Part shown: positions 59,346-64,000 of the stretch, piece after piece
Layout: every line of letters begins with the position of its first letter
Position numbering within the stretch: the first letter of the stretch is position 1
Origin: Candidatus Omnitrophota bacterium
Lineage (GTDB): Bacteria > Omnitrophota > Gorgyraeia > 1-14-0-20-64-10
DNA: 64,000 bases
Direction: 5' to 3'
NCBI GenBank assembly: GCA_023248155.1
Contig: JAHFFE010000001.1
Span: 84,873 to 148,872, forward strand
The notes under the pieces: generated by a model
Database searches by the model: none
What the model saw: the letters and a program-made list of their open reading frames with translations, nothing else
Told to the model about the DNA's origin: nothing
Made by a program: the position numbers and the translations under genes

Positions 59346-61247
59346 CTAGCCGGTTTCCGACAAAACAGTCTGGTTGGAATCGACGACTGCTTTCTCGACG
59401 GAAATATTCGCGTAGCCATCTTTTAGCGTATACTCCTTGACCCGTAAAGGGTAGCGCTTTTTTTCAATCGCGGCGATCACCTGCGTTTCAAGATGTTTCA
59501 GAATTCCCTGCGGAATCGGCACCGGCCCGATCTTTACTTCGCGCAGCTTTGGATGCACGCGGTAGTCGACTACTTCAATGCCGATCCTCGCCTCTAGATC
59601 GAACCGTAAAAGGCCGATACGAACGGTTCCTTTGCCCAAGAAACCTTCCGGTTTGATTTTCGTTTGAATATCACTGATTTGTCCGGAGAACCGCCGTTGA
59701 GCTTCGCGCACGACCAGGTCCTGGAATTCAAGTTCGGTGAAGCGCCGCGTTATCCGTGTTTCTCCGGCTGCTTCCATGTATTTTGCCAGGCGATCCGCGA
59801 ATACCGTAACGAAAACGGGAAGAAATTCAGTCATCCATTTCATCAGGGGACTGCCGGTTTCCATCGCCATGGTTTCAGAAGCGGATAAGTCCGGCTGTTT
59901 GTCTATGTCCGCCGGTTCCGGTTTCCTTCCGGTGGTTCCCGGAATAGACCAGTCCGTTGAGCCTCCTTTTCCCCGCTGATATTCCTGTATTCGCTTCAAT
60001 GTGCCGCTGAAAGAACTGGCCGGAAAATGGGATTCTGCCTCCCGGAAATAATAGCGCGCTTTTTCCGGATCTTTGATGTCATACAGATAGAGCGAGGCCA
60101 CCTGGACCGTTCCAATGGAGCGCAGCGCGGCGTCGGCCTTTGTTTTAGAAAGCGCTTTTTCGTAAAGCGCAGCGGCTGTTGCCAAATCACCGCATGATTT
60201 GTACAGTTCGGCCAGCTGATAGTAAGCGGCGACTTTCCAGCTCTCGGAGCGGCCGTGCTTGATCAGCGCTTGGAAACAGCGAACCGCTTCTTCAATCCGC
60301 CCCAGCGAACGGAAGCACCAGCCGGCCTTGTACAGAGACTGCTCCGCCGAGGCCCCTTCCGGAGCCGATTGATAAGCCAGTTCCAGTATCGGGGCGGCTT
60401 TATCCAGCCGCGAACTTTGAATCAGCTTTAGTCCCAGCTGAAAAGCCGCTTGCTGGCGGTCTAATCCGGCCGGCAGCCCGCCTAAATTCTTTTCAAGGCG
60501 GTCCAGTTCTTTCTGGCCGGACACCGATTTTTCGAAACGGTTCATGAGTTCCTGCGCGACCATGATATCGGTTGCGTTGCGCGCCTGTCCTGCGGCCTGA
60601 CGGTATTCCTGCCGCGCTTCGTCGGTTTTCCCCAGTTTCTGGTAAACGCCGCCCAGCCGCATTCGCAGCGCAGCACGGCCTTCGTACCGTGGGTAATTCG
60701 TCAGCAGCTGCGCGTAAAGCGCGGCCGATTCTTTCAAAAGCCCGCGTTGTTCCAGCGCAATGGCCCGCTCCATGCCGGCCGAATCAATTTCCGGAGAGAG
60801 CGCTTCTCCGAGCACTTGCCGCGGCAGCAGAACGGCGCCGTGAAAAACGCCGCGCACGCCGAGCACCATTTCATCCAGCGTGCGCAGAATATTCGGCCGT
60901 TCCGCTAATTGATCATCCGCGACGGTGCCGATCATCGCCTGGGCATCGTCCACGGGTCTTTGCAGGTTTTGGGAACTTAAAACACCCTGACTGTACTGCA
61001 GCGCCGAAACGGTTTTTAAATCGGTTTCTTCCCGCGCCAACTGGGAAGTCAGCGTCTGGTTGACCAACAGCAGTGCCGCTTCGGCCTGGCCGACGCCGGT
61101 CGATCCGTTGAGCACGGTAAACGAGGTGCGCAAATTTTTGAGGTTTACGTCGAGGATCAGCTTGCTGTAGATCGGAAAGAACGCCAGGACAGCGGTGATG
61201 GCAACCGGCAGTTGAAGCACCGTAACCCAGCGTCGCAGGTCGTTCAT
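59346..61247 (-). CDS. Membrane-anchored TPR protein with a C-terminal beta-rich (TULIP/LmeA-like) domain
   Basis: N-terminal TM, several TPR repeats (LGGVYQKLG..DEA...Y, YQLAELY...G..A.A...Y), C-terminal alpha/beta domain. Confidence 0.75.
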   Translation of the reverse strand: MNDLRRWVTVLQLPVAITAVLAFFPIYSKLILDVNLKNLRTSFTVLNGSTGVGQAEAALLLVNQTLTSQLAREETDLKTVSALQYSQGVLSSQNLQRPVDDAQAMIGTVADDQLAERPNILRTLDEMVLGVRGVFHGAVLLPRQVLGEALSPEIDSAGMERAIALEQRGLLKESAALYAQLLTNYPRYEGRAALRMRLGGVYQKLGKTDEARQEYRQAAGQARNATDIMVAQELMNRFEKSVSGQKELDRLEKNLGGLPAGLDRQQAAFQLGLKLIQSSRLDKAAPILELAYQSAPEGASAEQSLYKAGWCFRSLGRIEEAVRCFQALIKHGRSESWKVAAYYQLAELYKSCGDLATAAALYEKALSKTKADAALRSIGTVQVASLYLYDIKDPEKARYYFREAESHFPASSFSGTLKRIQEYQRGKGGSTDWSIPGTTGRKPEPADIDKQPDLSASETMAMETGSPLMKWMTEFLPVFVTVFADRLAKYMEAAGETRITRRFTELEFQDLVVREAQRRFSGQISDIQTKIKPEGFLGKGTVRIGLLRFDLEARIGIEVVDYRVHPKLREVKIGPVPIPQGILKHLETQVIAAIEKKRYPLRVKEYTLKDGYANISVEKAVVDSNQTVLSETG

Positions 61248-61253
61248 TGTTGG

Positions 61254-62378
61254 CTAGAATAGTCTCCGTTTCACATACAGTGTGTCTCTCGGGTGAATCG
61301 CGATGTTGGAATCCCGACCTGTTAGAATCCGGTCGATATTCGCCCGAAGGATCACTTTTTTATCGCCGACCGAACGGATAACCTCAATTCGGCTCGAACC
61401 GAATTTTGTGATGCCGCCAGCCATGCTGATAGCGGTCAAAAGATCAAGCGGCCCCTCAATGGGATAACTGCCCGGCGCGCTGATTTCGCCCAGCGCCGTG
61501 AATTTCGCGCCAATAATCTGTACCAAGACCTGACGGTTGTCCTGTGTGGGGGTTCGAATATACAGCGTGTCGCGGGGCAGAATCGGCAGGTTCGGTTCCT
61601 TGCCGTTTAAAATATTGTCGATATTCGAGCGAATCACCACCTGCTTGTTGCCCTGCCGGCGGATAATCTCCACCTGGCTGTTGCGCAGGGTCTGAACATC
61701 ACCGGCTTTGCTGATGGCCGTCAGTAGATCGATGGAACCGGTCATCTCGTAAAAACCAGACTCGCCTTTTTGGCCTAAAATAGAGAATTGCGCCCTGGAG
61801 AAACGGACCGTCACCTGGGGGTTGATCAGAAAATCTTTATCCAGCCGTTCCCGGAGTTCCTGTTCAACGGCTGAGATTGTTTTTCCCGCCGCCTGGACTA
61901 TTCCAATGAGTGGAAAACTAAAAGAGCCGTCTTCCTGAAGCTGGACTTTTTGGGTTAAGTCATCGTTTTTATAAACCGTGATATCGAGTTGATCTCCCGG
62001 GACCAGCTGATAAGAATATGCCAGTGCTCCCGCCGGTGAGATGATCTCGCTGGGAATATTTTGAGAGCCTCCTTGAGCCGCGCTTGTTTTAGAGGCCGAT
62101 AGCTGTTCGGAGATGGCCAGTTCCAGTTCCCGAGTCGAGAGCCCGGCTGCCTGGATCGTTCCAATCGGCGGGAAGAAAACCAGGCCATCTTCCTGGACAA
62201 TGGTTTTTATTCCCGAGCCGGGATTGGAAAAAAGACCAATCCCCAATTCATCCCCAGGCTGCAGACGATAGGGCTGCTGCGCCGGAGAATTTTTTTCAGC
62301 TGCTGTTGCGCAGCCGGTTTGCGCGACTAAAGCCGCGATCAGAAAAAAAGAAAAAAAGATTTTCACACAGCGCCGCAT
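61254..62378 (-). CDS. OPX/Wza-family polysaccharide export lipoprotein (2 PES + 2 SLBB domains, no C-terminal OM helix)
   Basis: Lipobox-like QTGC, two Y.L.PGD.L...EDG...FP.IG...AAG units, two DLLTAIS.AG...PRDTLY units. Confidence 0.88.
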   Translation of the reverse strand: MRRCVKIFFSFFLIAALVAQTGCATAAEKNSPAQQPYRLQPGDELGIGLFSNPGSGIKTIVQEDGLVFFPPIGTIQAAGLSTRELELAISEQLSASKTSAAQGGSQNIPSEIISPAGALAYSYQLVPGDQLDITVYKNDDLTQKVQLQEDGSFSFPLIGIVQAAGKTISAVEQELRERLDKDFLINPQVTVRFSRAQFSILGQKGESGFYEMTGSIDLLTAISKAGDVQTLRNSQVEIIRRQGNKQVVIRSNIDNILNGKEPNLPILPRDTLYIRTPTQDNRQVLVQIIGAKFTALGEISAPGSYPIEGPLDLLTAISMAGGITKFGSSRIEVIRSVGDKKVILRANIDRILTGRDSNIAIHPRDTLYVKRRLF

Positions 62379-63838
62379 CAGAAGCTGCCCTCAATGTTGA
62401 AATAAATCTGGTGATCCGAATAGTCGCGCGTGCGCGACCGCCGGTAAGTATAGTTCAGCAAAACACGCAGCTGTTCCTGCACTTGAAACGCAAGGCCCGG
62501 CTTGACGGAATAGAGTGTTTGCAGGGTTCTTTCAGTTGACCCTGGAACTACATCCGAACGGCTTGAGCGTTGCCAGGTATAATTGCCATTCAACGATAAA
62601 TCCAGCCGCGGCGTTAGCTGGTAAACAAGGCTCATCGTGGGCGATCGGCTGCGAAACCGGGTCCGGCCGGTCGAAAACGAAGTGGTCCGCGCATCCAGAT
62701 AGGACACCAGCATCCTGGTTCTCCGGTTGAGTTCTCGTTCCCACTGGGCCCGAAAATTCGGATCGGTGGACCGCTTGCTGCCTCGGACTCTATTGCGATC
62801 CAAAGAAAAAGTGGCGGAAAGTGTTTCAAACCGCGTCACTTCGTGCCGCACTCCCAAACGGCCTCCGTATTGATCGGAATTTTTGCTTTCATTGCCGGGA
62901 ATCTCGATCTCTTGGTAGGAAATTCCGCTCACCAGAAGCCAGGTGGGAACCAGGTCCCGCTCCCAGTCGAGCGTGGAGTCCCAGGTGTTCCGGTCGGTGT
63001 CGGAATCATTAACGATATGGTCATCAAATTTCCGATAGATGGAATTGAGCGCCAGTTTATTGCTTCGGTTAAGCGCATGACTGACTCTTCCCGAGAATGT
63101 TTGCGCGCTGGTTTGCGACAGCTTCGGGTTTTGGCGCAGCACATCAATCTCTTCGTCCCCAAATACAAACGAATGGTCTATGACGACCGTATAGCCCATC
63201 CGATACTGCGTAGGCCCCCCTGGATCAAGATCAATAAAAGTGACCAGGTCATGGTTGACGGCATTGGCGTTGCGCCGCATGTACCGGAACGCGTTGACTT
63301 CATACTGAAAACCATACAACAGCGGCCCTCGGGGATCGGCGAACAGAACCACATTTTCCAGCGTGCCTTTGAAGTCGCTTTGGCGCTGATTATCCTGAAG
63401 ATCAACGTTGGAGTCATAGAGAAATTCGGCCCCGTATCCGATCCGCGTCCTCTTGGCGAAAAACTCAAAAAACGAATCGCTTGATTGGTCGGAATGCGCA
63501 TAGACTTTATCGCGGCTGAGCCGGTCGGCCAACTGGTCGGAGGGGGTTGAAAAAAGCGATTTCCGCTCAAAAGAACTTCGGGAGGCGAACATCGGGGCCG
63601 GTGCCGAATAAGCCGTAGGCGCTTCTTGAGCCGTAGTTTCAGGTTGAAAAATTGTTGGTGTAAACTGGGCAGCCGGCTTGGCTGGCGCGGTCTCCTCTGA
63701 AGCAGGAGTGCTGGTCGTTTCTTCTGAACTGGACGAAGAAGCCGACTCCTCCGCCGCGGCAACCCGGGAGGCGCCGGCGCAGAAAAACAAACCTATCAGA
63801 AATAAGAAAACTGTCTTCGCTAGAAGTTTCTCCACCAT
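62378..63838 (-). CDS. Outer-membrane beta-barrel protein associated with polysaccharide export
   Basis: Signal peptide, S/T/P/E-rich linker, YDSNV motif, alternating beta-strand pattern, terminal Phe (IEGSF). Confidence 0.8.
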   Translation of the reverse strand: MVEKLLAKTVFLFLIGLFFCAGASRVAAAEESASSSSSEETTSTPASEETAPAKPAAQFTPTIFQPETTAQEAPTAYSAPAPMFASRSSFERKSLFSTPSDQLADRLSRDKVYAHSDQSSDSFFEFFAKRTRIGYGAEFLYDSNVDLQDNQRQSDFKGTLENVVLFADPRGPLLYGFQYEVNAFRYMRRNANAVNHDLVTFIDLDPGGPTQYRMGYTVVIDHSFVFGDEEIDVLRQNPKLSQTSAQTFSGRVSHALNRSNKLALNSIYRKFDDHIVNDSDTDRNTWDSTLDWERDLVPTWLLVSGISYQEIEIPGNESKNSDQYGGRLGVRHEVTRFETLSATFSLDRNRVRGSKRSTDPNFRAQWERELNRRTRMLVSYLDARTTSFSTGRTRFRSRSPTMSLVYQLTPRLDLSLNGNYTWQRSSRSDVVPGSTERTLQTLYSVKPGLAFQVQEQLRVLLNYTYRRSRTRDYSDHQIYFNIEGSF

Positions 63839-64000
63839 TCCCCTTCCTGTTGGCGCGACCGCTCTCGGGGAGGGAGCTGGTTTTCGATAGCTTCATTCAG
63901 CAATTTCTGGTCGGCGGCGTCGATCACGGAGAACCGCAAACCCAATTCAAATCCGTTCATTTTTGGAATCGGAATACAGCGAACCACCTGAGCCTGCACC
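63820..64000 (-). CDS. PilZ-domain protein, C-terminal part (5' end outside the window)
   Basis: Manual translation VQAQVVRCIPIPKMNGFELGLRFSVIDAADQKLLNEAIEN...WWRNF* matches the PilZ C-terminal strands and helix. Confidence 0.7.
   Translation of the reverse strand, partial: VQAQVVRCIPIPKMNGFELGLRFSVIDAADQKLLNEAIENQLPPRERSRQQEGEWWRNF

Overview
Bacterial chromosomal replication-origin region from a diderm (lpxA, LolA-like and outer-membrane beta-barrel genes). The style suggests a PVC-group/Omnitrophota-like genome, but this is inference only. Left of the origin, on the minus strand: rpmH-rnpA-yidD-yidC-parA-parB-ndk-yicC-gmk-rpoZ-coaC-coaB, tRNAs Cys/Leu/Val, and thrS. oriC lies between dnaA and dnaN, followed by dciA-gyrB-gyrA and tRNA-Glu. 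Next come an orphan 769-aa exported protein with a CheD-fold (Cys/His) deamidase domain, rsmI-lpxA, and a PyrR-attenuated pyr/car operon carrying three unrelated genes. A tRNA Val-Asp-Phe cluster is interrupted by glycan-modifying genes, with a 16-bp att-like duplication of the tRNA-Asp 3' end. The rest is a large surface-polysaccharide locus: glycosyltransferases, methyl-, carbamoyl- and amido-transferases, Wzm/Wzt, Wzc, a nested-duplicated short OPX, a beta-barrel, a TPR protein and a PilZ protein. Most notable signals: (1) the CheD-fold exported protein with two signal-like segments and GxEE motifs at both ends; (2) the OPX with one unit nested inside another, in a hybrid export system; (3) the tRNA-Asp att islet; (4) repeated leaderless-promoter architecture. 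No CRISPR array, integrase or transposase was seen.
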